In this document: one piece after another, positions 9,077 to 18,428 of the stretch
How positions within the stretch are numbered: the stretch's first letter is position 1
Layout: each line of letters starts with the position of its first letter
Assembly (NCBI GenBank): GCA_036821485.1
Contig: DAISJM010000001.1
Span: forward strand, 72,320-136,319
Direction of reading: 5' to 3'
From: Verrucomicrobiota bacterium
GTDB taxonomy: Bacteria; Verrucomicrobiota; Kiritimatiellia; CAIQIC01; JAGNIJ01
Length of the DNA: 64,000 nucleotides
Notes under the pieces: model-generated
Told to the model about the DNA's origin: nothing
Database searches by the model: none
What the model saw: only the letters and a program-made list of their open reading frames with translations
Made by a program: the position numbers and the translations under genes

Positions 9077-9613
9077 CTAGGTCAGATCCTTCTGTGTGAC
9101 GTCGATCCAGCGCAGGAGACGGGTGCGAAGCTGTTCGTCTACATCAAGGGCAGCGAGCCTCTTCCTCAAGGTTGTTCCGCGAATCAATCCCTCTCCAAGA
9201 AGCGTTCGGACGAAATCCCGATCCTTTTCTCGGTAGGCAACCAGCTTGCTTGCCGCAAGGTCGTGTGCCTCGATGCATAAACCCGTCTTGCCCCGTGTCC
9301 CTATCTCGTCCATGACGGGGATCACTCGAGATTGCCAGCCAGAAGGAAGGGAAGCCGCGGCCAGAGAGACTCCATGCACGTAAAACCCGAAGGATTCATA
9401 GAATGAAGAGAGCTCGCCCAAGGAGCCGTCGACTTCATCCACCTTTTCAGGGTGGTTCTTGGGCTGAATATCAACTTCAACAGAAGCGCAGATACTTTTG
9501 GGTGCGTCAGGATACTCCCCCAAGATCGCCTGGGAACCAAAGACCCACACCTCGGTATCGCCAGCGACCTCACAAGCAGCTCTGATCGCATGTTCGAGCT
9601 GGTCCCGCGTCAT
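9077..9613 (-). CDS. Small nucleotidyltransferase-fold protein (AbiEii/MNT-like candidate toxin)
   Basis: 178 aa. ..TEVWVFGSQAILGEY..SVEVDI.. fits the NTase hG[GS]...[DE]h[DE]h pattern. The start overlaps the upstream wHTH gene by 4 nt. Local GC is ~55%, against ~65% for the flanks. Confidence 0.55.
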   Translation of the reverse strand: MTRDQLEHAIRAACEVAGDTEVWVFGSQAILGEYPDAPKSICASVEVDIQPKNHPEKVDEVDGSLGELSSFYESFGFYVHGVSLAAASLPSGWQSRVIPVMDEIGTRGKTGLCIEAHDLAASKLVAYREKDRDFVRTLLGEGLIRGTTLRKRLAALDVDEQLRTRLLRWIDVTQKDLT

Positions 9614-10551
9614 GTCCTATTCCTCCGCTGAAGATCCTGCAAACGCGCCCGTTCTGCATTGCTCAGAACAGCCAAAAATGGACTGCTTTGCCGCAGGCGG
9701 CAAGCTCGAGGTGTGGATGACTCCATAAAACGCAGCAGTCGGCGACGAGGATATAGTTCCAGAATCTTCCGCCATTCGCTCAGATCGCGCTGGGCCGTTC
9801 CCTGGTCGTTCTTGAGCAATCGATCGAGATAAGCACGAGCGCGACGAATAAGGGATGGGTCATCCTCAATTGCGGAGACGAGGGCCTTGGACCATGCGGA
9901 TGAGCGCTCATCGAGATCTCGATGAGAGTTCGGCTTCCACGAGGCTGCCCTCGCCGGGGGTGTGACGGGCGGAACACCTGCAAGCAACAGGAGGGTCTGG
10001 GGATTCAGGTCCGGCAGGTCGGCGCGCGTGTATCCGCTGACTTCAATGGTGACATCAAACTTCTGCTCGATTCCTGCGAAGCGCCGTCGGGCGTCTGACG
10101 TCGTTGCTGATGTGTGTGCGCTTTCGCCCAGAATTCCAATCTCCAATGGGTCGCCAAGCTGCAGGGGGAGATTGCGAATCCAGACGGACTGCGGCGACGG
10201 AGACAGTTGTTGTGATTCCTGCCGTAGCGCGTCCATCAGTTCCTCGTATCGCTGCCGCTCTGCACGGAACAGGCTTGTTGTGATCTTCATCAATGGCTCT
10301 GACTCACGAAGAGCGTATTGCTGCTTGCGTCCGCCGCCGACCAATTCCACGAATCCTGAGTCGACGAGTCGCTCCAGCGCTTTGCGAGCGCCCATAACGG
10401 ACAATCCGGCCCTCTCCGCGATGTCAGGCGCGGAAAGCGAACCCTCGACCTCGTCGGTCAGGACCCGGAGCAATCTCACATTGGCTTCGGTTCCCAAGAT
10501 CTCGTTGAGGGGGTTACGCAAGACGCTTTGAGCAGACGAGATTGGCCTCAT
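9610..10551 (-). CDS. Winged-HTH domain protein (AbiEi-like candidate antitoxin/regulator)
   Basis: 313 aa. The N-terminus, LRVLTDEVEGSLSAPDIAERAGLSVMGARKALERLVDSGFVELV, is MarR-type wHTH. The promoter region is AT-rich and carries a palindrome. Confidence 0.55.
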   Translation of the reverse strand: MRPISSAQSVLRNPLNEILGTEANVRLLRVLTDEVEGSLSAPDIAERAGLSVMGARKALERLVDSGFVELVGGGRKQQYALRESEPLMKITTSLFRAERQRYEELMDALRQESQQLSPSPQSVWIRNLPLQLGDPLEIGILGESAHTSATTSDARRRFAGIEQKFDVTIEVSGYTRADLPDLNPQTLLLLAGVPPVTPPARAASWKPNSHRDLDERSSAWSKALVSAIEDDPSLIRRARAYLDRLLKNDQGTAQRDLSEWRKILELYPRRRLLRFMESSTPRACRLRQSSPFLAVLSNAERARLQDLQRRNRT

Positions 10552-10587
10552 GGTTCAGTTTCCTTTCAAACACTGTAACGTCTATAT

Positions 10588-10601
10588 ATACACTATAGTG
10601 T
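10588..10601. promoter_or_regulatory. 14-bp perfect palindrome TACACTATAGTGTA in the AT-rich promoter of the wHTH/NTase operon (candidate autoregulatory operator)
   Basis: It lies ~40 nt upstream of the 10551 start codon. TATATA/TATAAT-like hexamers flank it, and the RBS AAAGGAAA precedes the ATG. Confidence 0.4.
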
Positions 10602-10629
10602 AGAAAAGTAAACTATAATATATCTTGCC

Positions 10630-10689
10630 AGGACGGTTCGGCGAACCGTCCCTACCAACGACGAAGAGAACCGCTCGCAGAGCGGTTCT
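10630..10689 (-). terminator. Two stem-loops downstream of the molybdoenzyme operon (candidate intrinsic terminators/insulator)
   Basis: GAGAACCGCTC-GCA-GAGCGGTTCTC (10665-10689) is followed on the minus strand by UUCGUCGUUGG. GGACGGTTCG-G-CGAACCGTCC lies at 10630-10650. Confidence 0.4.
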
Positions 10690-10726
10690 CACACTCTCGG
10701 ACGAGAGACGCGGAATGGTCTGTAGC

Positions 10727-13168
10727 CTATGACTTCGCCTTCTTCTGCTTTCCGGGCGAGGTCTTGAATTCGTAGGCTTCGGGTTTCCCGAGGAAGCAGA
10801 GGCCGATGTAGTGGCCTTTCACATCGTCGTACGGGATGTGATTGAGCTCGAGCGCGATCTTCTCCGCGGTCAGCGGCATGCTCTTGATGCGGATCCCCAG
10901 CGCGTCTTCGATCGCGTTGGCGATGACCGGTGCGGCCGGGATCATGGTGTGCTCGCCGACGCCGCGCGCGCCGAACGGGCCATCGGGCTGCGCCACTTCG
11001 ACAATGATCGGCACAATCTCGTCGGGAATATCCAGTGCTGTCGGAATTTTGTAATCCGTAAAATTCGGGTTCAGCAGCTTGCCTTTGTGGTCATACCGGA
11101 TGTCTTCGTAGAGCGCTGTCGCGAGGCCCTGCACCACGCCGCCGGTGACCTGGCCTTTCACGAGGTCGGGGTTGATCGCTTTGCCGACGTCGGCTGCCAG
11201 CACCGCCTTCAGCACATGAATCTTGCCGGTCTTTCGGTCGATCTCCACTTTCACCGCCGAGGCGCCGACCGTGTAATGAACGTTCGGGTGTCCGCCCTGG
11301 CTGGTTTCCGGATCGCCTGTCGCCGAGGTGAATTCGGGCATGAACATGCCACTGCCGAGGATGGGCCCGCCGATGAAGTTCCCGCGCTTCGTCTGGATGC
11401 CGCTGATGACCATGTCCTTCAGCGCCATGGCGAAGTCGGGCTTCGTCCGGCACTTGATGGTCTCCTTTTCCAGGTAGAGGTCGGCGACGGCGAACCCGAG
11501 CGCGCGGTGTACCGTGTCGAAGATCTTCGCCTTTGCGTCAAGCGCCGCGGCCTTTACCGCGTTGCCGCAGCCCCACGTGACGTGCGAGCCGACGGTCTGC
11601 CATTCGTACGCGTTGCGGTCCGTGTCCGGCAACTCGACGCGGATATGTTCAACGGGAACAGTGAGCACCTCGGCCGCGACCTGCGCCATGACGGTAAGGA
11701 AGCCCTGCCCGATTTCCATGCCGGAGACGGTCAGGTTCAAGCTGCCATCTTCGTTGAACTTGATGAACGCCGCCGATGCGGCGTTCGGCGGCATCGCGGG
11801 CGCCTTCCAGAAGCAGGCGAAGCCCTTGCCGATGGCTTTGTTCGGGTCCTTCGACACTTCCTTCTTGCCCCAATCGATTTCCCTCGCAACCTTGTCGATG
11901 GCCTCGACAAGTCCGCTGGGATTCATCTCCGCGCCGTACGGCAGCGTGTCGCCGCCGCAAATGGCGTTCTTGCGCCGGAATTCGACGGGGTCCATGCCAA
12001 TCATCTTGGCGATGCGGTTCATATGCGACTCGAGGCCGAACATGAACTCCGAATAGCCGAAGCCGCGGTAAGGGCCGCCCGGCGGCAGGTTGGTATAGAC
12101 GCACACAGAATCGATTTTCACATTCGGCACGCGGTAGGGTCCGGTCGCGGAGAGGCCGACCGCGTTCACGACGTTCGCGCCGTACTCCACGTAGCCGCCG
12201 GCATCCCAGTGCAGGGTGTGTTCGATTGCGGTGATCGTGCCGTCCTTCTTCACGCCCAGCTTGATGCGGGCGATCACGCCCTGCCGCTGGTAGGTGTTGT
12301 AGAACTCCTGCGCGCGCGACCAGCGGACCTTGACCGGGTGGCCTTTGACCATCATGGCGAGGGCGGCGCCGAGGATTTCCATCGACACGCCTGCCTTGCC
12401 GCCGAATCCGCCGCCGACGTAGGGCGTGACCACGCGGACGTCCTTGTGCTTCAAGCCGAGCGGAGCGAGGGCCTCGGCGAACACGTGGCGCTGCGTGTAG
12501 GGCGATTGCGAGGCGGACCACAACGTGAGGCGGCCGGAGAGGTCGTAGAGGCCGACGATCACGTGCGGCTCGATCGCGCAGTGCGCGTAGCGCGGCACGG
12601 TGTAGGTGTCTTCGAGGATGGTGTCCGCTTCCTTGAATCCCTTTTCCATGTCGCCCTTGCGCGTCTTGCGCCAGTGGGCGATGTTGGTCCCGGCCTGCGG
12701 GAAGAACCACGCGCAGTGGTTGTACTTCTCGAGGTCCGGGTGGACGAGGGTGGCCTTCTCTTTCAGCGCGCCTTCCAGGTCGAGGACGTACGGCAGCTCC
12801 TCGTATTCTACGTGCACGAGCTTGGCCGCGAGCTTGGCTGTTTGCGCGTCGCGCGCGATGACGGCCGCGACCTGTTCGCCGACGAAGCGAACCCGATCGC
12901 GGGCGAAGATCCAGCGGTCCTGCATGTAGAGGCCGAAGCGGTAGGGGAAGTCGTCGCCGGTGACGACCTTGACCACGCCGGGAATCTTCTCGGCTTCTGC
13001 CGTGTCGATGTTCTTGATCCGTGCGTGGGCGAACGGGCTCTCGATGATTTCGGCATGCAGGAGGTTGGGGCCGAAATCCATGTCGTCCACGTACACCGCC
13101 GCGCCGCTGACCTTGTCCAGGCCATCGATGCGGACCGAGGGTTGTCCAACGTGTTTGAGTTCGCTCAT
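10727..13168 (-). CDS. Xanthine dehydrogenase family molybdopterin-binding large subunit
   Basis: 813 aa. GGGFGGK, the aldehyde oxidase/XDH a/b-hammerhead and MoCo-binding signatures are conserved throughout. Confidence 0.9.
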   Translation of the reverse strand: MSELKHVGQPSVRIDGLDKVSGAAVYVDDMDFGPNLLHAEIIESPFAHARIKNIDTAEAEKIPGVVKVVTGDDFPYRFGLYMQDRWIFARDRVRFVGEQVAAVIARDAQTAKLAAKLVHVEYEELPYVLDLEGALKEKATLVHPDLEKYNHCAWFFPQAGTNIAHWRKTRKGDMEKGFKEADTILEDTYTVPRYAHCAIEPHVIVGLYDLSGRLTLWSASQSPYTQRHVFAEALAPLGLKHKDVRVVTPYVGGGFGGKAGVSMEILGAALAMMVKGHPVKVRWSRAQEFYNTYQRQGVIARIKLGVKKDGTITAIEHTLHWDAGGYVEYGANVVNAVGLSATGPYRVPNVKIDSVCVYTNLPPGGPYRGFGYSEFMFGLESHMNRIAKMIGMDPVEFRRKNAICGGDTLPYGAEMNPSGLVEAIDKVAREIDWGKKEVSKDPNKAIGKGFACFWKAPAMPPNAASAAFIKFNEDGSLNLTVSGMEIGQGFLTVMAQVAAEVLTVPVEHIRVELPDTDRNAYEWQTVGSHVTWGCGNAVKAAALDAKAKIFDTVHRALGFAVADLYLEKETIKCRTKPDFAMALKDMVISGIQTKRGNFIGGPILGSGMFMPEFTSATGDPETSQGGHPNVHYTVGASAVKVEIDRKTGKIHVLKAVLAADVGKAINPDLVKGQVTGGVVQGLATALYEDIRYDHKGKLLNPNFTDYKIPTALDIPDEIVPIIVEVAQPDGPFGARGVGEHTMIPAAPVIANAIEDALGIRIKSMPLTAEKIALELNHIPYDDVKGHYIGLCFLGKPEAYEFKTSPGKQKKAKS

Positions 13169-13638
13169 GACCGCTTCCCTGCCTTCCTGCTCACTTCGCG
13201 AACGGCCTCGATGATGGGTTCATAGCCGGTGCAGCGGCACAGGTTGCCGGAAATCGCTTCCTGGATTTCCTTCTTGTCGGGGTGGCTATTGTGCCGGAGC
13301 AGTTCTGTCGCAGCCAGCACCATCCCCGACGCGCAGAAGCCGCATTGGAAAGCGTTGCGGTCGACGAACGCGTGTTGCAGCGGCGTCAGGCCGTCACGGC
13401 CGAGGCCTTCGACGGTGGTAATCTCATGTCCGTCCGCCTCGATGGCGAGGATGAGACAACTCCGGACGGTTTTCCCGTCGTAGAGGATTGTGCAGACGCC
13501 GCAGTCGCCGCGCTCGCAGCCGATCTTCGGGCTCTTGATGCCGAGCTTCTCGCGCAGGACATCCAGCAGGATGTCGGAGGGGGAGACATCGATGCTCCGA
13601 CGTTCACCGTTGAGCGTGATCGATATAGTCTTCTTCAT
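13165..13638 (-). CDS. (2Fe-2S)-binding small subunit of the molybdenum hydroxylase
   Basis: 157 aa with CERGDCGVCT and CGFCASGM cluster motifs. Its stop overlaps the large-subunit start. Confidence 0.9.
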   Translation of the reverse strand: MKKTISITLNGERRSIDVSPSDILLDVLREKLGIKSPKIGCERGDCGVCTILYDGKTVRSCLILAIEADGHEITTVEGLGRDGLTPLQHAFVDRNAFQCGFCASGMVLAATELLRHNSHPDKKEIQEAISGNLCRCTGYEPIIEAVREVSRKAGKRS

Positions 13639-13723
13639 GTGTGCTGCCTCGGAGTTGGAAAATCGAAATGTGAAAGTTGCCGGGAAGAGCCGGAGGTAAG
13701 TTTCCAGTTTCCAATTTCAAACG

Positions 13724-14614
13724 TCATATCAGCTCCTTCCCGTACTCGGGGCCGTCGCCCTCGAATCGTGAATCCGCCGCGCGGAGCGCGCGCTCCAACA
13801 TGACGCCGAGCATGTGCAACCGGTACTCCTTCGAAGAACGGATGTCGGTGATGGGCGACGCGATTTGTGGCACCATGGCAACCGCGGAGGCGACGAGCGC
13901 GTCCGTGATCGGCTTCCCCTCGAGCAGCTTCTCGATGGGCGTCGCGCGGATCGGGGTGGGGGCGACCGAACCGAAGGCGACGCGGTAGCTCTGCCCGTGG
14001 AACAGCATGACCGTGACGCTCGCCTGGGCGAGGTCCTCGCCGCTGTAGCGGCGCAATTTCACGAAGCAGCCCGCATGTTTTCTCCGGGGCTGCGGTATGG
14101 TGATGGCGACCGCGACCTCGCCCTTGTGGAGCGACGTCTTGCGCGGGCCGGTGAACCACTCCGCGATGGGAATCTTCCGCTTGCCCTTCGGGCCGGCCAC
14201 GTGAACCGTGGCATCGTAGACCAGCAGGATCGGGCCGCTATCGCAGCATGGGACGGCGGAGCAGATATTGCCGGCCATCGTCGCGCGATGCCGGATGCCG
14301 TTGGAAGCCACCCAGCCGATCATCTCGCGGATCAGCGGGAACTTCTTGCGGACCACGTTCGACTCGGCGATGTCGCTGAAGGTCGCAAGCGAGCCAATCC
14401 GGAGCGCGCCATCCTTGAGCGATACGCCGTCCAGCCCGCGGATGCCCTTGAGGTCGATCACCGCCTCGGGGCGGACGATGTCCTCCGTCATCAGGCTGAT
14501 GAGGTCGGTACCGCCCGCGAGCAGGCGACCGCGGTCGCCGTAGCGCGCCAGTGCCCGCGCGGCCTCGGCAACCGATGCGGGCTTCAGATAATCAAACGCA
14601 CGAGCAATGGTCAT
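13724..14614 (-). CDS. FAD-binding subunit (CoxM/XdhB-like) of the molybdenum hydroxylase
   Basis: Start trimmed to MTIARAFDYLKP (ATG at 14614) after a GGAAGGGAG RBS. LLAGGTDLISLM is the FAD-binding motif. Confidence 0.85.
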   Translation of the reverse strand: MTIARAFDYLKPASVAEAARALARYGDRGRLLAGGTDLISLMTEDIVRPEAVIDLKGIRGLDGVSLKDGALRIGSLATFSDIAESNVVRKKFPLIREMIGWVASNGIRHRATMAGNICSAVPCCDSGPILLVYDATVHVAGPKGKRKIPIAEWFTGPRKTSLHKGEVAVAITIPQPRRKHAGCFVKLRRYSGEDLAQASVTVMLFHGQSYRVAFGSVAPTPIRATPIEKLLEGKPITDALVASAVAMVPQIASPITDIRSSKEYRLHMLGVMLERALRAADSRFEGDGPEYGKELI

Positions 14615-14649
14615 GATGCTCCCTTCCGCGTTCCGCTCTCCTGATTCAA

Positions 14650-15468
14650 TTACTTGGGCGGCAGCATCGCGACGATGCGACACTGCGCCGATTCCAGTTC
14701 AATTCCGCGCATCGGGAAGCAGCCGATCCAGCAGCGCTGGTTGCTCAGCTTCCCGATCTCGCCGCCGATATTCTCCGCATGCACGAGTTTCTTGGGGAAC
14801 AACTTGAGATGCATGACCTGGTAGTAGTAATCCGGCGGGAACATCTCGTCCCAGCTCTTGCCGTACTTCGCCTTCAGCTTGGCCTCGGCCTCGAGGAACC
14901 GTGCCGGATGCCAGGTGCGGATAATCGTGTTCATGGGGTGATCCGCGCTGCCGCAGTCGACGCCGATCCACTTGATCTTCATCTTCAGCGCCCACTTGTC
15001 GAAGCCGGGGCCGGGGCCAGGATGTTTCACGAAGTAACGGACTTCGTCCGAACCGGGCTGATCCCATGCGTAGCGATTGTAGCCGGTGTTGATGATCAGG
15101 ATGTCGCCCTTCCGGATGTCCGCGCGTTTCATCAGCATTTCGGGCGAATAGAGGTCATAGTCGCCGACGTCTTTTGAAATATCGACGACGACGCCGGGGC
15201 CGATCCACTCCTTGATCGGCACGTTGCCGATCGACCGGCCACTGGCATGGAAATGGATTTCACCATCCATGTGCGTGCCCACGTGGTTGCTCATGGTGAT
15301 GATCTGCCCGTTCGCGCCTTGGCCCATGTGTGCGCCGGCGATGCGCTTGAAATACTGGATGCCCATCGGCATATAGCTCGGCCACGGCGGCGTGTGAATG
15401 CTTAGCCGCTGGGTCAGATCGAACACGCGCGCTTCAGCCATTAATTTGATGAAATCGTTAGTCTTCAT
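14650..15468 (-). CDS. Cyclase-family protein (kynurenine formamidase-like metal-dependent hydrolase)
   Basis: 272 aa. The HVGTHMDGEIHF motif is typical of the putative-cyclase family. Confidence 0.8.
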   Translation of the reverse strand: MKTNDFIKLMAEARVFDLTQRLSIHTPPWPSYMPMGIQYFKRIAGAHMGQGANGQIITMSNHVGTHMDGEIHFHASGRSIGNVPIKEWIGPGVVVDISKDVGDYDLYSPEMLMKRADIRKGDILIINTGYNRYAWDQPGSDEVRYFVKHPGPGPGFDKWALKMKIKWIGVDCGSADHPMNTIIRTWHPARFLEAEAKLKAKYGKSWDEMFPPDYYYQVMHLKLFPKKLVHAENIGGEIGKLSNQRCWIGCFPMRGIELESAQCRIVAMLPPK

Positions 15469-15510
15469 TTTCCCGCACCTCCGGTTTCGTGTTGTTCGTG
15501 TCTTTCGTGG

Positions 15511-16791
15511 TTACTTCTTTAATCCTTTTGCCAATCCTTCAAACGCCTTCCGGAACGGTTCCAGCGGGGCGTTCAGCACGCCCGCGCCGATCTGGCCGAC
15601 ACCCGCCTGCTTGTGCGCGACACCGGTGTCGATGAACGGAAGGATGTTCTTCTCGATGATCTTCACGACGTCGATGCCAGTCGGTGTGCCGCGGAAATTG
15701 AGCGCCGGCACCTGGTACGCGTTATTCTCCCCGGCGGTGATTTCGTACATCTGTGTCGTGTAGCGAATCGAGTCGGCGACCTGGCCGCCGACGAACTGGA
15801 CAATCGCAGGCGCGGCGGCGATGGCGAAGCCGCCGAGGCCGTTGGTTTCCGTGATCGCGCTGTCGCCGATGTCCGGATTCGCGTCGGCCTTCGTGTAGCC
15901 GGGGAAATACAGCGCATCCGGCACGTCGGCAGGCCCGGTGAACCACGCGTTGCCCGTGCCGGCGAGTTGTACGCCGAAGTCGGTGCCGTTGCGCGCCATG
16001 ACGACTGCCACGCTGCTATTGGGGATGTTGCGCGCGGCATCGAGTGTCGCCTTCGATGCGGGCATGGAGAGGTTCAGGAAGAAGTGGTCGTTATGGTTGA
16101 TGAACTCCAGCACGTCGGAAGCGGTCTTCGGATCCGGCGCAGTGGTGATGACGGCCGGTGCAATCGTGCGATAGAGGATGGACGTTCCCGCGCGATTGCG
16201 GTTGTGGACCTCGTCGCCCATATGCAGCGCCTGCGCAATGATGTTCTTCAAATCGATCACGCCGATTTTCGCGATGGCCTTTTTCAGCGTCGGATAGAGC
16301 ACGCGCTCCATCCATTTGAGTCTCGCCACAACATCGTCCCCGTAGGCGCCGTAGCGCAGCACTTTGCCCAGCCCCTCGTTCTGCGTGCAGTAGGCGAAGT
16401 TGCCGAACGTGGCATTCTTCAGGACGAACACGGGCATGGAAGGGGAGATGATGCCGGCCATAGGGCCGACTGATGCGTGCTCGTGGCAGGGCGCATATTT
16501 GATGGTGCCGGATGACGCGAGGGCCTCGGCCTCTGTCGGGTTCTTTGCGCGGCCTTCATAGATCAGTGCGCCCATGATCGCGCCGCGCATCGGGCCGCAC
16601 ATCCGTTCCCAAGTCACCGGCGGGCCGGCGTGCAGGATCAGGTCGCGTTTCATGCCGGGGATGATGTCGATCGCGCGCTCCATGCCCACGAGCTGCGGCA
16701 TGCCGCCCAAGATGATTTCGATCGCCTTGCGGTTGGCCTTCTCAATGGCCGGTCGCCGTGCCGCGATGATCCGCAGAAGCTTGTCATCCAT
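15511..16791 (-). CDS. DUF1116 protein (YlbE homolog; oxamate carbamoyltransferase subunit family)
   Basis: Start chosen at MDDKLLRIIAARRP, giving 426 aa, close to E. coli YlbE at ~419 aa. LHAGPPVTWERMCGPMRGAIMGAL..YAPCHEHASVGPMAG match the family. The alternative GTG at 16932 (GTGA overlap with fdrA) would add 47 aa. Confidence 0.7.
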   Translation of the reverse strand: MDDKLLRIIAARRPAIEKANRKAIEIILGGMPQLVGMERAIDIIPGMKRDLILHAGPPVTWERMCGPMRGAIMGALIYEGRAKNPTEAEALASSGTIKYAPCHEHASVGPMAGIISPSMPVFVLKNATFGNFAYCTQNEGLGKVLRYGAYGDDVVARLKWMERVLYPTLKKAIAKIGVIDLKNIIAQALHMGDEVHNRNRAGTSILYRTIAPAVITTAPDPKTASDVLEFINHNDHFFLNLSMPASKATLDAARNIPNSSVAVVMARNGTDFGVQLAGTGNAWFTGPADVPDALYFPGYTKADANPDIGDSAITETNGLGGFAIAAAPAIVQFVGGQVADSIRYTTQMYEITAGENNAYQVPALNFRGTPTGIDVVKIIEKNILPFIDTGVAHKQAGVGQIGAGVLNAPLEPFRKAFEGLAKGLKK

Positions 16792-16928
16792 GTCCACCGG
16801 TGGCTTCCAGTCCACCTGTACCGCCTGTGCGCCGGAGGATGCCAGCGCATCCTTGAACGACGACAAGCCGAAGTTGACCACCTTGAGGTCCGTTTCAAAA
16901 AGCTGGTTAATGCCGCTCTTCTTCTTGC

Positions 16929-18428
16929 TCACTTCCCACCTGCCTTTGCCGCGTTGCCGGCGTATGCACACGCTGCGGCGTTGCTCGGCATCACGATGGC
17001 TCCAGCAGCCTTCAGGGCTTTGACCACCCGTGAACGATTCTGCGGGTCGCCGTCGGTGCCGGTGACCGAACATACCACCGGAACTTTGCGCGAGGCCGTG
17101 CGGATCACCGGTGCAAGTTCCGCGGCCGGGTCCATGTTCGAGCCGTAACCGAGTACGACGTCCAGCAGGATCACGGCAGTCTCGGGATCAGCCGCCTCCG
17201 CCAGAATCCGTTTGTTGCGTAACGAGAAGTCGATCATCGGATGCGGTCGGCCGACGGTAAACTCGTCCTCGCCCAGATCGACGAACGAGTGCTTCTGGCT
17301 CTTCAACGAATCCTTGAGCCGCTTCGTCCTGCCGGTCGGCGCGTTGGAGTAGAGTTGGCCGAGCGTGTCCTCGAGAATGATTTGCGCTTCTGCGCAGAAC
17401 GTTCCGCCGCTGAACAAGCCCCGGACGTATTTGCGGCGGCCGCGGGCGCGCCGCGGCCGGCTCTGAGATCCGACCCTATCTTGAAGGTCTTCAATCTTGC
17501 GGCCTGTCGCGAGCGCAACTGCTTGCAGCGCAGCCTCTTCCAGCGTCTTTGGTCCGTCTCCTTCCGCGCCGAGAAGTAGCGAGACAACGGGCTTACGGAT
17601 GCGGCGCACTTCACGGCGGACGCGGTTCAGCACGCTGGGGTGGGGCGGTTTGGAGACGAGCAGGATGACCTTCGTCTGCGGGTCGGCGGCGAGCGCCTTC
17701 AGGCCGGCGAGGAACATGATGCCGCCGACTTCCTTCTTTACGTCGCGCCCGCCCGTGCCGATTGCCTGTGAAATACCGGAGCCTTCGTTGGAGATGATGG
17801 TGCTGACTTCCTGGAGTCCGGTTCCGGCGGCGGCGACGATGCCGATCGGGCCGCGGCGAACCACGTTGGCGAAGGCGAGCGGGATGCCGTTGATGATCGC
17901 CGTGCCGCAGTCGGGACCCATGACGAGCAATCCCTTCTTTGCCGCGAACTTCTTGAGTTCGATTTCCTTCTCGATCGGCACGTTGTCGGAAAAGAGCATG
18001 ACGTGCAGGCCCTTCTCAAGACAGCGCATCGCGAGCGAGCCGGCATAACGACCGGCGACGGAGATCAACGCGAGGTTCGCGCCCGGCAGAACCTTCACGG
18101 CGCCGTCGAGATCAGACGGGAGCGTTTCACCGGAGGAAGTCCCGACGGCCGCGGCCTTGCTCTTGAGCGCGGCCTCGGCTGCGTTCAAAGCGGCCTCGGC
18201 TGTCTTGGCATCGCGCGCCTTCACGGCCAGCAGCAGGTCGGTATCGGTTGCCTTGGCAAAATCGGAGATCAGCAGGCCGGACGCCTTGAGGATGCCGAGG
18301 TTCGACTTCGTGCCCATGACAAGCGCGGCTTCGGCGACGCCGTCCGTGCCGGCAATGCTTTTGCCTACGCGCATCAGCGAGACGGAATCGTGGTAGGCGC
18401 CCTTTTTGATTCTGCCGAGGGTAATCAT
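16929..18428 (-). CDS. fdrA: FdrA-family protein (acyl-CoA synthetase/succinyl-CoA-synthetase-alpha-like)
   Basis: 499 aa. MITLGRIKKGAYHDSVSLMRV is a typical FdrA N-terminus, followed by CoA-binding and ATP-grasp-like regions. Confidence 0.85.
   Translation of the reverse strand: MITLGRIKKGAYHDSVSLMRVGKSIAGTDGVAEAALVMGTKSNLGILKASGLLISDFAKATDTDLLLAVKARDAKTAEAALNAAEAALKSKAAAVGTSSGETLPSDLDGAVKVLPGANLALISVAGRYAGSLAMRCLEKGLHVMLFSDNVPIEKEIELKKFAAKKGLLVMGPDCGTAIINGIPLAFANVVRRGPIGIVAAAGTGLQEVSTIISNEGSGISQAIGTGGRDVKKEVGGIMFLAGLKALAADPQTKVILLVSKPPHPSVLNRVRREVRRIRKPVVSLLLGAEGDGPKTLEEAALQAVALATGRKIEDLQDRVGSQSRPRRARGRRKYVRGLFSGGTFCAEAQIILEDTLGQLYSNAPTGRTKRLKDSLKSQKHSFVDLGEDEFTVGRPHPMIDFSLRNKRILAEAADPETAVILLDVVLGYGSNMDPAAELAPVIRTASRKVPVVCSVTGTDGDPQNRSRVVKALKAAGAIVMPSNAAACAYAGNAAKAGGK

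Noticed and set aside
10727-13168. Selenium dependence or in-frame selenocysteine in the molybdenum hydroxylase
   Set aside because: No in-frame TGA or SECIS-like hairpin is evident in the large-subunit ORF. Selenium dependence (labile Se cofactor) cannot be judged from sequence here.
15511-17073. Full 520-aa version of the DUF1116 ORF overlapping fdrA by 145 nt
   Set aside because: The N-terminal ~94 codons are Arg-rich, overlap the fdrA C-terminus and have no homolog counterpart. A start at MDDKLL (16791) gives a family-typical length.
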